Assembly (NCBI GenBank): GCA_030390025.1
Contig: CM059432.1
Location: forward strand, 119,166,001-119,230,000
Origin: Squalus acanthias
Taxonomy: Eukaryota
Length of the DNA stretch: 64,000 nt
Direction: 5' to 3'
The stretch's first letter is position 1. Every line of letters starts with the position of its first letter. The notes below the pieces were generated by a model that saw only the letters and a program-made list of their open reading frames with translations, was not told the origin of the DNA and made no database searches. A program made the position numbers and the translations under genes. Positions 24,868 through 38,400 of this stretch are shown piece by piece.

Positions 24868-25045
24868 TGTATCTGGTTATAATCTCATTGCTGTTTGTGG
24901 GACCTTATTGTGTGCAAATTGAGTGCCGGACTTATTCCATTACAACAGTGACTACACATCAAAAGTACTTCATTGGCTGTTAAACTCATTTTCGGATGTC
25001 CTGAGGTCATGAAAGGCGCTATACAAATGCAAGACTTTCTTTCTT
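24868..25045 (+). mobile_element. Deu-domain SINE, 3' part
   Basis: CATTGCTGTTTGTGGGA..GAAAGGCGCTATACAAATGCAAG tail. Confidence 0.85.
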
Positions 25046-26251
25046 AAAAGTGTGAAGCGCAAACAGGGTAATGCCCTGCTCCCTTGTACCAGTGTTTTAA
25101 ATTGGGCATTGTAGTTTATAGAATTACCATGACACTGGTCCCTACATGTGCACTGCCATGTCTCATGGGGCTACAAAGAATCTTAGCAATGTCACTCATC
25201 AGGCGGATTGTGGTGTGTACCAGTGACAGAGTTCCAGGTATTAATATTATCTGTCAGACAGTTCCCTGAGCAGGAGAAGCAGCGTTTGAAGCAGGCGCGT
25301 GTGGAGCGTAAACACCGGCATAGGCTAGTTGGGCCGAATGGGCTGTTCCTGGGCTGTAAATTCTATATAATTCTGTGTAATATCATGCAGATTGTTTGAG
25401 ATGTCAAGGAATGCTGAGGTGGATTTGGCACACCATGGAGGTCTGGCTTAAGCACAAACCAATCTTGAAATGCTGCTGCCACTCATACGGAGAACCTGAC
25501 AGCCTTCCATGATTCCAGCTACAAATGGCAGCCTGCTACTCAGAGGGAGGCCGTTGTAATGGTAGGAAATTTATGACATGCTCGTGTGTCTGCTTCCTTT
25601 ATGCTGAAGTCTCTGGAATGAAGTTGACCATCCAACTGTATTCCACTGTTCTTCGCAATGCAGGGTTGTACTGAATCCAGGTACAGGAGATCAGTTTTCC
25701 TGTCGCCTGCCAATATTTTATCACAGGTTGGATATAATATAGCCTCTGCAAAGCAATAATTTTGCTGATTGCAGCAAGTAGGGATGAGCTCCCTTGCACA
25801 GAAAAAAAGACTTGGTTAGAATAATTAACCAGTTACTATAAGCATGCGATGTGGAAATTATCAACAGGACTATATTATATAATTTAGGCGCCCTAACTTC
25901 AAAAGCCTATAGTTGTAATAGACTCTCAAGCTAGGATAGGATTTATTGTGATTTGTATAACTTATATGTTCTCTGTGCTTCTAGCCAATCCTTTCTTCCT
26001 TCTTCTGCTGCACTGCAATATTCCTGCCAATGGCCACTGCACTCGTGGGGGCCGATTTTCACCTTTAGCGGTGGTGGAAAGCTGATGGTAGTGGATCAGC
26101 CGCCTGTTATCCACCCTGCCTGATTTTTCTTTCCATTTACTTCAATGGACTCCATGCGGCTGATTGTCTATCACCAGCTTTTCACCACCCCTGAAACTGC
26201 AAACCAGCCTCGTGCTGTCTGACAAAAAGCTCACTTCTTTCACTGTAGTGG

Positions 26252-26889
26252 TAATATTGGCCTTTATTACAAGAGGATTTGAGTATAAGAGTAAAGACGT
26301 CTTACTGCAATTATATAGGGCCCTGGTGAGACCACACCTGGAGTATTGTGTACAGTTTCCATCTCCTTACCTAGGGAGGGATATGCTTGCCATAGAGGGA
26401 GTGCAAAGAAGGTTCACCAGACTGATTCTTGGGATGAGGGCATTGTCCTATGAGGAGAGATTGAGTAAACTAGGCCTATATTCTCTGGAATTTAGAAGAA
26501 TGAGAGGTGATCTCATTGAAACATACAAAATTCTTACAGGACTTGACAGGGAGGATGTTTCCCCTGTCTGGGGAGTCTAGAACCAGGGGTCATAGTCTCA
26601 GAATAAGGGGTCGGCCATTTAGGACTGAGATGAGGGGAAATTTCTTCACTCAGAGGGTGGTGAATCTTTGGAATTCTCTACCCCAGAGGACTGTGGAGGC
26701 TCAGTCGTTGAGTATATTCAAGACAAAGAACGATATATTTTTGGATATTAAGTGAATCAAGGGACGTGGGGATAGTGCAGGAAAGTGGACATGAAGTAGA
26801 AGATCAGCCATGATCTTATTGAATGGCGGAGCAGGCTCGAGGGGCCAAATGGTCTACTCCTGCTCCTATTTCTTATGTTCTTATGTTCT
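26252..26889 (+). mobile_element. CR1 LINE 3' end with (TTCTTATG)n tail
   Basis: LYRALVRPHLEYC, EFRRMRGDLIETYKI, FFTQRVVNLWNSLP. Confidence 0.92.
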
Positions 26890-27151
26890 AATACTTAGAA
26901 TCTTCCCATTCATTGTGCCCTCGAATGCCACATCTGACCAGGAATAAAATTCATTCTGGCTTTTTAATTGAACTGCGCAGCTCTGGAACGCTGCGTGATC
27001 TCCTCATTATGATCTTTAACAAGGCCGTAACAAGCAAAAATCCATTTTTGTAGTAGCTTGAATCTTCACTTCAACACTAAGTACAAAAGGTCAGGGCTTT
27101 CCACTTGTACGCTCAGCAGCCTGTGATTTCCACCACCATCCTGTCCTCCAG

Positions 27152-27587
27152 TGTCAGCTGTGGCTCAGTTGGTAGCACATTCACCTCGGAGTCAGAAAGT
27201 TGTGGGTTTAAGTCCCACTCCAGGGACATGAGCACATAAAGCTAGGCTGAGGGAGTGCTGCACTGTCGGAGATGTCGTCTTGTGGATGAGACGTTAAACC
27301 GAGGCCCCGTCTGCTCTCTCAGGTGGATGTAAAAGATCCCATGGCACTATTTCGAAAGAGCAGGGGAGTTATCCCTGGTGTACTGGCAAATATTTATCCC
27401 TCAATCAACATCACTAAAACAGATTATGTGGTCATTATCACATTGCTGTTTGTGGGAGTTTGTGTGCGCAAATTGGCTGTCGTGTTTCCCACATTACAAC
27501 AGTGACTCTACTTCATTGGCTGTAAAGTGCTTTGAGACATCCGGTGGTTGTGAAAGGTGCTATATAAATGCAAGTCTTTCTTTCTTC
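27152..27587 (+). mobile_element. Deu-domain SINE, near full length
   Basis: tRNA head, Deu core GGATGAGACGTTAAACCGAGGCCCCGTCTG, L2-like tail. Confidence 0.88.
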
Positions 27588-27668
27588 TCCCCCACCCCAT
27601 TAGTTTTAGTGAAAAGGAAAATCGAGGGCTGACAGGTGCAGAAGCAGAAAAACAGAGGATGTGGCCTT

Positions 27669-29610
27669 AGGGTTACCAACTCTGGCTGGAGGAAGCCCAC
27701 GTCATGCAAAATAGATACCTGATCATTTAGTTTAATGCAACAGAAAAAAGGGCTTGCATTTATATGGCACCTTATCATGTCTCTCAGCACTTACAATGAA
27801 TTCATTTGAAGTGTGGTCACTCCTGTTAAGTAAATGAATACAGCAGCCATTTTGCACGCAGCAAAATCCCACAAAACACAAATTGAATGTCCTGTTGCAG
27901 TCGATTGGTATCATCCTCACTGTTTGCCACACCCCCAAGTTTGGTGTCATCGGCAAATGTAGAAATTCTACTCTGTATTCCAGGTCACTTATATATATCA
28001 AAAAAAGCAGTGGCCCCAGCACTGATCCTTGGGGAACACCACTGTCTACCATCCTCCAGTCTGAAAAACAGCCATTTACCACAACTCACTGTTTTCTGTC
28101 CTTAAGCCAATTCCTAATTCAAGCTGCCACTGACCCACCTATTCCATGAGCCTCAATTTTGTTAACCAACCTTCTATGTGGTACTTTGTCATACACCTTC
28201 CTAAAATCCATGTAGACAACATCCATTGCATTTCCTTCATCAATCCTCCCTGTTACTTCATCAAAAAATTCAATCAGATTCGTCAAACACGATCTGCCTT
28301 TTACAAATCCGTGTTGGCTCTCCTTAATTAGCTTAAACCTCTCCAAATGCCCATTAATTTTTCCCTTGATTATTGTTTCTAAAACTTTACCCACCACTGA
28401 TGTTAAACTGACCGGCCTGTAGTTACTAGGGTTGTCCTTAAACCCTTTCTTGAACAATGGTGTCACATTTGCCACTGTCCAATCCTCAGGCATCTCCCCC
28501 GCATCTAAGGAAGATTGGAAAATTATGGCAAGCCCTTCCACTATCTCCTCCCCCAATTCCCTTAGCAACCTGGAATGCAAGCCATCTGGACCAGGCGACT
28601 TATCCACCCTAAGCATACCCAGCCTTTTGAGTACATCCTGTCGATCAATTTTCACCCCTTCCATTGCTTCTACCTTTTCCACTTCTACAGATATTTTGTC
28701 AGCATCCACTTCCTTCGTACACACCGATACAAAGTACTCATTGAGTATTCTAGCCTTGCTCTGCGCCTCTAAGCATATATCACCTTCTTTGTCCCTAATA
28801 CGCCCCACACCGCCTCTTACGACCCGCTTACTGTTTACATGCCGGAAAAGATTTTTGGGTTCCCTTTTATGTTAACCGCCATTCTACTCTCATATTCTCT
28901 CTTTGCCAATCTTATTTTCATCTTCATTTCCCCTCTCAACTTATTGTATTTGGTCTGGCTCTCCCTTGAAGAATTCACCTGTCATGCATCATACATCCTC
29001 TTTTTTTGTTTCATCATCTTCTCTACCTCCTTCATCATCCAAGGAGCCCTTGCTTTGGTTCCCTTACCCTTTCCTCTTGTTGGAATGTACCTAGCCTGTA
29101 CTTGGAACATCGCCTCCTTAAAGATCACTTAGAGCTCAAGTTATGGAGGAGTGCTTGAATACACAACCTTCTACCTCCGAGGCAAGAGTATTATCAAATA
29201 GGCAAAAAGTAGCTTGTAATATGCAATATCTTAGGGGCGGAGTCATTGCAATAGGCTATTTCTCGGATTGATGTGCTGAATACAATTGTAAAGGTTCAGC
29301 AGTCCTCCTTATCATGCCACAATGTTGACATTCAGACCTCCAATGATTCAGCACCATGCTGCCTTGACAGAATATCATGCAATCACTCAGAGATTTTTTT
29401 CCACTCCATGCTGAGGGGACCTGGGTGTGCAGGACACTTCTGTTGAGCATTCCCTTCACAGTTTCACATGCAGTTAAATTAATAATCAGTAAAATAAACA
29501 AACATATGTAAATAGATCACGTGATGCCCGATCACGTGATCAGAAGTCAGGTGATCGGGCATCACATGATCAAATCTCCAGCATTGCCTCCAACCAGGGT
29601 TGGTAACCCT
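27669..29610. mobile_element. Non-autonomous DNA transposon with 12-bp TIR, expanded by nested SINE/CR1
   Basis: AGGGTTACCAAC (27669-27680) / GTTGGTAACCCT (29599-29610). Confidence 0.5.
27888..29128 (-). mobile_element. CR1 LINE internal RT fragment
   Basis: [51 protein letters not shown]. Confidence 0.93.
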
Positions 29611-30283
29611 GTTGGGAATTGCACGCTGGTGAACATACAAGTGGAATGCCCTTATATTTTGTAAGATTGTAAGTGAAGATTCAAGCTACTACAAAATATT
29701 GATTTGCCTTGCCCAACTATTTATTGGTACCTTCATCCAACATTACACATTTTTTAACTCCCTCTGCTTTTTATGACAGAGAAAAGTATGGCCGACAGGT
29801 TAATTGGAAGGCAGATTTTATATAATTCAAAACTGAAAATTGTAGTTTTCTGCACAAATGGAAATGTTTTCTCAGCTTTAGTCCTCCGGGATCTGTAATT
29901 GCTCTCGCCACATGGTTAACCATCCATGCATAGGTTCATAGATCACAGAAACAAGATGATTCTTGTCATGTCTCACACCCAGGAGGACTAAATGCTTATT
30001 TGCAAGAGTGAAGTTTTGCAATTGGTTCAGTAGAAAACAAAAATGCAGCAGTTTAAATTGTACATGAGATTCTAGATTTATGCTTGCATGTGCAGAAGAC
30101 ATGTATAGGACACCATTGTTTAAAATGTGGTTTAAATTTACTAACAATATACTACTTGACTAGCCCAATGTGTCCCAAATGTATTATATTTCAGCTGCAG
30201 TCATTGATTAAAATATAGGAATTTTAATAAGCAAACAGGAATTTTAACAAAATATCCAAACAACCCCCTCAGTAAAAGGATTT

Positions 30284-31145
30284 GGGGGAAAAATTCAGTT
30301 GGTTGCGCCTCCCGTTAGCGCCTTAAGAGGGCGCTAATGGGGCGCAAAGCAACTAGCGCCCGGGTGCGGCAATGTTTACGTCGCTCCCGAAATTAACTAG
30401 ACATTTTGCGGCGGCGCTAAACACTACCGTCACGATCTCCTGCGCTGGCAGATCGTGACGTCAGTCGAGTGCGCAACGCCCCGGTAGCGCCCCGGAGTGG
30501 ATATTGAGTGGCGCCCCTGCCTTACCGCCTGCCGCTAGCAGCGACAGGTTGAGGGGAGCGTTTTGCAGTCAGGAAGGGACTGGGGGAGCGCTATTTAAAG
30601 GTGACCACTTCCTGCCTTTTATTGTTGGTGACATTTTTGAACCACGCAGTCTGAGAGAGAGAGAGAGAGACTTCTAGAGAGATTCAACGGTGTGTGAAGG
30701 AGTTTTGGGTACTGAGCAGCACTTTGCAGGTTCATTTTGATTTGTGGGGGCTGCACTCTGAGCTCTTTCCCTGGACCTCTCCATTGTTCTTTCCTGCAGA
30801 TTTGATGTACAGGTCTCTCCAGGCCGAGATTCAAGGCTGCAACGAGCAGGATGTGGATGGAAAGCAAGATCAACCCTCCCCTTTAAGAACTGGCCGGCGC
30901 CATTGTGTGTGTGTTCCATTGCTGACTGACATCACATGAGCTTCGCCAGCGCTCTGAGGTAGCGCCTCGCTCCTCGGCCTTTGCGCCTTAAGACAGGTGT
31001 GAAGCGCCTGATTTAGCGCTCCAATCACCTCCAGGGGCGATAAAAGTCAAGTTTGCAGTCGGTGGCGATAATTAGCGCCAGGCGCTAATCTTTGCGCCCA
31101 GCCGATAATTGCGCCCCAAATGGGGCGATACTGAATTTCTCCCCC
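30284..31145. mobile_element. Harbinger-type MITE
   Basis: TIR GGGGGAAAAATTCAGT / ACTGAATTTCTCCCCC (15/16); TTT on both sides; many subterminal GCGCC motifs. Confidence 0.8.
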
Positions 31146-31321
31146 TTTAACTTTTCCATCAATATCAGCAGACTTTTGCATATCTATATCTTCTGAGAAA
31201 GACAACAGTGATTATTTTAATATAATGATTGTTTAAAATCTGTTCACAATATGCCACGTGTAGAATTTATAGTGCAATGCCTGTCCACAAAGGAATTAAT
31301 CCGCATTGCATTAAGGTTAAT

Positions 31322-31788
31322 GAAAGAAAGACTTGCATTAATGTTGAGCCTTTCACAAACTCAGGATGTCCCAAAGCTTTATAGCCAATTAAGTTCTTTT
31401 GAAGTGTAGTCGCTGTTGTAATGTAGGAAATGCGGCAGCCAATTTGCGCACAGCAAGGTCCCACAAACAGCAATGAGATAATGACCAGATAATTCGCTTC
31501 TTTAAGTGATGTTGGTTGAGGTATAAATATTGGCCAGGACACCGGGGAAAACACACCTACTCTTTTCAAAATAGTGCCATGGTATATTTTCTGTCCATCT
31601 GAAAGGGCAGACAGGACTTGGTTTAATGTCTCATCTAAAAGACGACAATTCCAACAGTCCTGCACTCCCTCAGGACTGCATTGGAGTGACAGCCTAGATT
31701 TTGTGCTCAAGTCTCTGGATGGGGCTTGAAACTCAGGACCTTCATGACTCAGAGGCAAGAGTGGTACCACTGAGCCATGGCTGACACC
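31322..31788 (-). mobile_element. Deu-domain SINE, full length
   Basis: Reverse complement of 27152-27587. Confidence 0.88.
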
Positions 31789-32852
31789 TAATTAAAGTCT
31801 GGTTGAATGACTTTTGTTTGGTGGACTCATTCATTTTATAGATGATAGTCTGAGCAAATTTATTTTTGATATTTTGCCCTGGTTTTGTGAGACTGGAATC
31901 CCAGAGAATTTCAGGAGTAAGTTTCAGTAAAGACTGAGGAAGTGCCCAAGAGCAAGCAGGCTCTGGCTCCAACAGTTGCAGGGACATCTTGTAACCTTGC
32001 ACCTGGAGGTTCGTGGCCATGACCTGTGCAAAAGGGCCACAGCATTCCAACAGCAACCTGCCATCACAATTGCTCCTTCCATTCATGGATCACTTAGACA
32101 CAGCTTTAGGCTAAGATCTAACAAGTATGACAGCCGCGTTGCAGCAGTCTGTGGTCTGGGCCTCACAGGCTAGAGCATCCAGAGGTCACTGGCCATGAGC
32201 ATCTCATGGGTCCCAAGAACAGTAGTCTTTCACCAGCTCTGCTCTGGCCACTAGGAGAACACCTTGTAGGAGTGGTAGATAAGAAACCGTCTTTAAAAAA
32301 AAGCACTAAAGATTGATCATGTAGGTGATCAATAGAAGGCATTTAATATTTTTGGTATTTAATTAATCACCTTTATAACATTAGGCACTTTGGTCTGTCG
32401 TGTGGTTTAACAGCAGCTAAGTCTGCATTGCCACAATGTCATTGATATAGAAGTTGTCTGAATGGTTTGCATGTTCTTCAATGCAGGATGAAGAGGGTAG
32501 GAAAAATGCAATAAGGACTGTTAGGCAGAGATATTCTGTCTAAGTTCTCAGAGCTGGAGTGTGAGAAGCTCAGCAGAATCGCTGAGCTATGAGCTGATCT
32601 CTGACATCTCAGGCTGCTGCTTCCTCTTCTTCCTCCAGGACTTCTTTGTCTGCTAAGGACGCCTGCTGCTGCCTCACTCCCTCCTCCAAATGCTGGCAGG
32701 CCAGTGCGAACCAGTTCCTAGGCCAGTGTTTATATTACTATCTACTCTTTACCACCACAATGTTTCCTACTTATCCACTTTTTCTATTGTGGTGTTCTGG
32801 GAAAATGCCTACCTACCCTAGTGCTCCTCCGAAAGGAACTAAAGGTGTTTTA

Positions 32853-35463
32853 GGGCTAGAAATTCATGTACTCACTGCCACTCCGTAGCGCCATGAAATG
32901 GCGATAAAATGGTGGCCGCCACTCTTTCACAAGCTAGTGTTGGGTCCCACGGCGGCCGCCATATTCCTCTTCCCCTTTGTGCTACCAGAAGCTGGCAGGG
33001 TTCTGCAATAAAATGGCGGCGTGGTGATGTTAATCAGCATGCAACGCCGACTTAACATTACCAACGCGAACTTCGGCCCTAGCGCAGAATTCAGCGCTGA
33101 GTCCGAAGCACACCAGGTTAACCTGGTGTGCAAGTGGACTGACAGTGGCGATGTCATTAAGGTAAGTTTGGATTTAAGGTTTTGGACTAAGTTTTTTTGA
33201 TTTTATTGAAATGGAGGCTTGCTGCAATAGATGTGAAAAGTTTTTTAAGTATGTAGGGAGTGCTGCTGGACACTTGCAAGGGCTCAGATGGTAAATGAAG
33301 GCCTTTGAGAAGTCAGAACATGCTGCGAGTACTCAGCAGGCCACGCAACACCCGTGGAGAGAAAAAGAGTTCCCGTCTCAGGTCGAGATACTGCCTGACC
33401 AGCTGAGTATTTCCAGCATTTTATGCTGTCATTTCGCATTTACAGCATCCGCTTGCAGAGTGAAGAGGAAGACACAGAAGAGGAAGACACAGAAGAGGAG
33501 GAAGCTGAAGAAGAGCAAGCTGAAGAGGAGGAATCAGACGGAAGGATGCATCCCAGACAGCCCCTTTCTGGCTGGGATATCCGGGCTGGATTCATCTGCC
33601 TCCGGTCCCAGTGACCACAACCCCAACATTAGTCCCACATCTTACCTTCCATCTGTTACTGACCATCACAATGTCCTCTTAGTCATGATGCTGAAATAAA
33701 AGCCCCCACAAAGCAAACTTTCCAATCCACCTATATATGTCTATCCATCCAATGTGACATCAAGAAGCATAGAAACATAGAATCTAGGAGCAGGAGTAGG
33801 CCATTCGGCCCATCGAGCCTGCTCCACCATTCAATACGATCATGGCTGATCATCCAAATCCAGTACCCTGTCCCTGCTTTAATCCCCACAGTACACATAT
33901 CCCACCCTACCCCCGTAACCCCACATATTTAATCCCCCCCTAACACTAAGGGTCAATTTATCATAGCCAAATCAACCTAACCCGCACATTTTTGGACTGT
34001 GGGAGGAAACCGGAGCACCCGGAGGAAACCCACGCAGACACGGGGAGAATGTGCAAACTCCACAAAGACAGTCACCCAAGGTCAGATTCGAACCCGGGTC
34101 CCTGGCGCTGTGAGGCACCAGTGCTAACCACTATGCCACCGTGTTGCCCATCAGAAATCAACTCATCACCGGTATGCATCTCTCTTAGTGACTCTCTTGT
34201 GTGTGCCTTTGCCTATCCTACTGATGTTAAGCAGTGCTACCCCAGTGGCTGCAACATTGCTGGTGGAAGGCTGCTGACTTTCAGTGGGGGACAAGGCAAA
34301 TGGCCTTGCTGGTTGAACTTGAGGAGCTGGTGGCTGGGAGTGTCAAATCAATCTTCTTTTGTTCTTGTTCTTCTTCACTCTCCTCTCCCTCTTCTTGGTC
34401 ACCCACTGGCTGGGCAGGCTGCATTTCTTGGTGTGTGTGAAATGAGGAAGGCACAAGGGTGGAGTTGTGGTGACAGGAGGGCGGGAAAGCAGGAGGTGCA
34501 TGTCAGAAGGAGGATAATGTATGAGGATACCAGCATCGTGTATCCTTTCAGCCCTGCCGCTGGCCAATGATTCAGTCATGCCCCTTCCAAGAATGGCCTG
34601 CACCATCTCCTCCAAGGGGGGTGAGGTGAGGCTAGGAATGGGAGGTGTGCCTCGTGTTTGGTACAGATTGTTGGTCGATGAGTGATGGGGGGTGGGGGTG
34701 GCGTGGTTGGGCAATGAGCAGGGTGTGATGCTAGTGGTGCAGTTGGTAGGAGGCGGCTTTTGAAGATGCATTAATTGACCTTGACCAGTGGTCTGAGGTC
34801 ATGAAGCTTCTTTGGGTACTGGAGCCAGATGGTGGGGGTGACACTGCTGGCAGTGACAGCCTCGGTGATGTACTCCCACATCTTTCTTGCTGGAGGGCCT
34901 CCTGGCCCCTGTGGCAGGAGGGCCTGTCTTGCAGTGTTGACCCCCTGCACAAAGCTGGAGTGATGCGTGCGAGACCCTGGGTGCCCCTTCCCTGGCTTGC
35001 TGAGCCATTTGTGTTGGTACTGAGGCAGTTTTTCCATTTGTTGAGGTTAGGAAGGTAATTCAGCTTTAAGAGCTGAATATTCACATTTGGGACTTCTTTT
35101 TAATGGTGAATTCTTTAAAAGGCAGAATGGGCTGCAAACTGCATTGTTTCACTTCATTTTATTTTGTATTGCTTCAGTGTGCATGGCCCCTTTAGTTCTC
35201 AGACCTCTTCATTGCCCACAATTCCCTGCGAGCTCCACAGCCTTGCTTCCAGAGTCTGTGCGAAGCTCGAATGCTGATCCTGGACACAAGCTTCACCTCG
35301 GATGCCTCCAGCAACGCCACCAGGATGGCGATGCATGGAAGATACATGCTGCACCACCAATCTCCATGGCCCCCCAGACCAATTTTGCTCCATTAGCGTG
35401 CAAAATTTTCAGCAGCTGTTAGCTGCACTGGCAAGTTTGCTGGCGAACACAAATTTTTCCCCC
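32853..35463. mobile_element. Internally deleted Harbinger transposon
   Basis: Ends GGGCTAGAAATT / AAATTTTTCCCCC; transposase C-terminus (+) EEEESDGRMHPRQPLS at 33460-33614 matches 23280-23360; Myb remnant (-) MWEYITEAVTA..KKLHDL at 34771-35010. Confidence 0.7.
33768..34149 (-). mobile_element. V-SINE (HE1-like) with CR1-derived tail
   Basis: V-domain GGAGGAAACCGGAGCACCCGGAGGAAACCCACGCAGACACGGGGAGAA; tRNA head (GGGTTCGAATC on minus); CR1-type tail. Confidence 0.85.
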
Positions 35464-38400
35464 ATAGGGTTTTAAAGGAAGTAGGTGAGAACATTGCAGA
35501 TGCCCGAACTATAATCTTCCAAAGTTCCCTCGATTCAGGAACTGTTCCTTTAGATTGGAAAATTGCACATGTCACTCCGCTATTTAAAAAGGTGAGAGAG
35601 GGAAAACAGGGAATTATAGACCAGTTTGTCTAACATCAGTTGTCGGGAAATTACTATAGTCTATAATTAAGGACAGAGTGACTGAATAACAACAACTTGT
35701 ATTTATATAGCGCCTTTAACGTAGTAAAACATCCCAAGGCGCTGCACAGGAGTATTAAAAGACAAAAATTTTGACACCGAGCCACATAAGGAGAAATTAG
35801 GGCAGGTGACCAAAAGCTTGGTCAAAGAGGTAGGTTTTAAGGAGCATCTTAAAGGAGGAAAGAGAGGTAGCGAGGCAGAGAGGTTTAGGCAGGGAATTCC
35901 AGAGCTTAGGGCCTAGGCAGCTGAAGGCACGACCACCAATGGTTGAATGATTATAATCAGGGATGCACAAGAGGGCAGAATTAGAGGAGCGCAGATATCT
36001 TGGGGGGTTGTGGGGCTGTAGGAGATTACAGAGATAGGGAGGGGCGAGGTCATGAAGGGATTTGAAACAAGGATGAGAATTTTGAAATCGAGGCGTTGCT
36101 TAACCGGGAGCCAATGTAGATCAGCGAGCACAGGGGTGATGGGTGAACAAAACTTGATGCGGATTAGGACACGGGCAGCCGAGTTTTGGATGACCTTAAG
36201 TTTACATAGGGTAGAATGTGGGAGGCCAGCCAGAAGTGTGTTGGAATAGTCAAGTCTAGAGGTAACAAAGACATGGATGAGGGTTTCAGCAGCGGATGAA
36301 CTGAGGCAAGGGCGCAGACGGGCGATGTTACGGAGGTGGAAATAGGCGGTCTTAGTTATGCTGTGGATATGTGGTCGGAAGCTCATTTCAGGGTTAAATA
36401 TGACACCAAGGTTGCGAACCGTGTGGTTCAGCCTCAGACAGATGTTAGGGAGAGGGATGGAGTCGGTGGCTAGGGAATGGAGTTTGTGGCGGGGACCGAA
36501 AACAATGGCTTCGGTCTTCCCAATATTTCATTGGAGAAAATTTCTGCTCATCCAGAACTGGATGTCGGACAAGCAGTGTGTCAATTTAGAGACCGTGGAG
36601 AGGTCGAGAGAAGTGATAGTGAGGTAGAGCTGGGTGTCGTCAGCGTACATGTGGAAGCTGACGCTGTGTTTTCGGGTGATGTCACCAAAGGTCAGCATGC
36701 AGTTGAGAAATAGGAGAGGGCCAAGGATAGATCCTTGGGGAACACCAGAGGTAACAATGCGGGAGTGGGAAGAGAAGCCGTTGCAGGTGATTCTATGGCT
36801 ATGATTAGATAAATAAGAATGGAACCAGGCGAGTGCAGTCCCACCCAGCTGGACGCCAGTGGAGAGGTGCTGGAGAAGGATGGAGTGGTGAACCGTGTCA
36901 AGAGCTGCGGACAAGTCAAGAAGGACGAGGAGGGATAGTTTACCTTTGTCACAGTCACAAAGGATGTCATTTGTGACCTTGATGAGAGCCGTTTCGGTAT
37001 TGTGGCAAAGGCGGAAACCTGATTGGAGGGATTCAAATATGGAATTGCGGGAAAGATGGGCACGGATTTGGGAGGTGACAACACGTTCAAGGACTTTGGA
37101 GAGGAAAGGGAGGTTGGAAATAGGGCGGTAGTTTGCAAGGACAGAGGGGGTCAAGGGTTGGCTTTTTGATGAGAGGGGTGATGACGGCAGATTTGAGGGA
37201 AAGGGGGACAATACCTGAGGATAGAGAACCGTTAACAATATCAGCTAACATGGGAGCCAGAAAAGGAAGTTGGGTGGTCAGCAGTTTGGTGGGAATAGGG
37301 TCGAGGGAGCAGGAAGTGGGTCTCATGGACAAGATGAGCATGGAGAGGTCATGAGGGGAGATCGGAGAGAAACTGGAGAAAGATGTGAGTACCATGAAAA
37401 TTTTCAGCTGATCAGAGAGAGCCAGCATGCATTTGTAAAAGGTAGGTCATGCCTGATGAACCTGATTAGATTTTGTGAAGAGGTAACTAAAATAGTGGAC
37501 AGGGGGATGTCTATGGATTTTATTTATATGGACTTCCAGAAGGCATTCGATAAAGTCCCTCATAAGAGAATGTTAACTAAGGTTAAAGCCCATGGAATTG
37601 AAGGCAAATTATTGACCTGGTTAGGAAATTGGCTGAGTGGCCAGAGACAGAGAGTAGGGATAATGGGCAGGTACTCTAATTGGCAAGATGTGACTTGTGG
37701 TGTCCCACAGGGATCTGTGTTGGGGCCTCAATTCTTTACCATATTTATTAACAACTTTTATGATGGGATAGAGAGCCACATATCCAAGCTTGCCAATGAC
37801 ACAAAGATAGGCGGCATTGTAAGCAGTGTAGATGGAAGCATAAAATTACAAAGAGATATTAATAGAATAAGTGAATGGGCAAAACTGTGGCAAATGGATT
37901 TTAATGTCGGCAAATGTGAGGTCATCCACTTTGGTCCTAACAAGGATAGATCAGAGTACTTTCTAAATGGTTAAAACCTAGAAACAGTGAAGGTCCAAAG
38001 AGACTTGGGGGTCCATGTACATGTATCATTAAAATGTCATGCACAGGTACAGAAAATAATCAAAAATGGTAATGGAATGGTTGGCTTTATATCTAGAGGA
38101 CTATAATACAAGGGGTTAGAAGTTATGCTGCAGCTATACAAAGCCCTGTTTAAACCACACCTGGAGTACTGTGTTAAGTTCTGAGCACCACACCATAGGA
38201 AGGATATGGAGGGAGTGCAGCGTAGATTTACCAGAATGATATCTGGACTCCAATTACTTAAATTATGAGGAGAAATTACACAAACTAGGGTTGTATTCCC
38301 TGGAATTTAAAAGGTTAATGGGTAATTTGATCGAAGTTTTCAAGAAATTAAGGGGAACTGATAGGGTAGATAGAGAGAAACTATTTCTGCTGTTTGGGGA

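Larger units (their letters stand above)
27030..29710. repeat. Inverted repeat pair (about 100-bp arms) enclosing nested insertions
   Basis: 27046-27071 TTTTGTAGTAGCTTGAATCTTCACTT is the exact reverse complement of 29671-29696; imperfect match extends to about 27135/29611. Confidence 0.7.

Noticed and set aside
25540..25810. Possible minus-strand host exon after a pyrimidine tract
   Set aside because: Open frames give no recognisable protein and no clear donor; cannot be supported without RNA data
27152..27230. tRNA gene (also 20630, 34085-34149, 46885)
   Set aside because: tRNA-derived SINE heads continuing into SINE bodies
33460..33535. Glu-rich host protein exon
   Set aside because: Matches the acidic C-terminus of the Harbinger transposase
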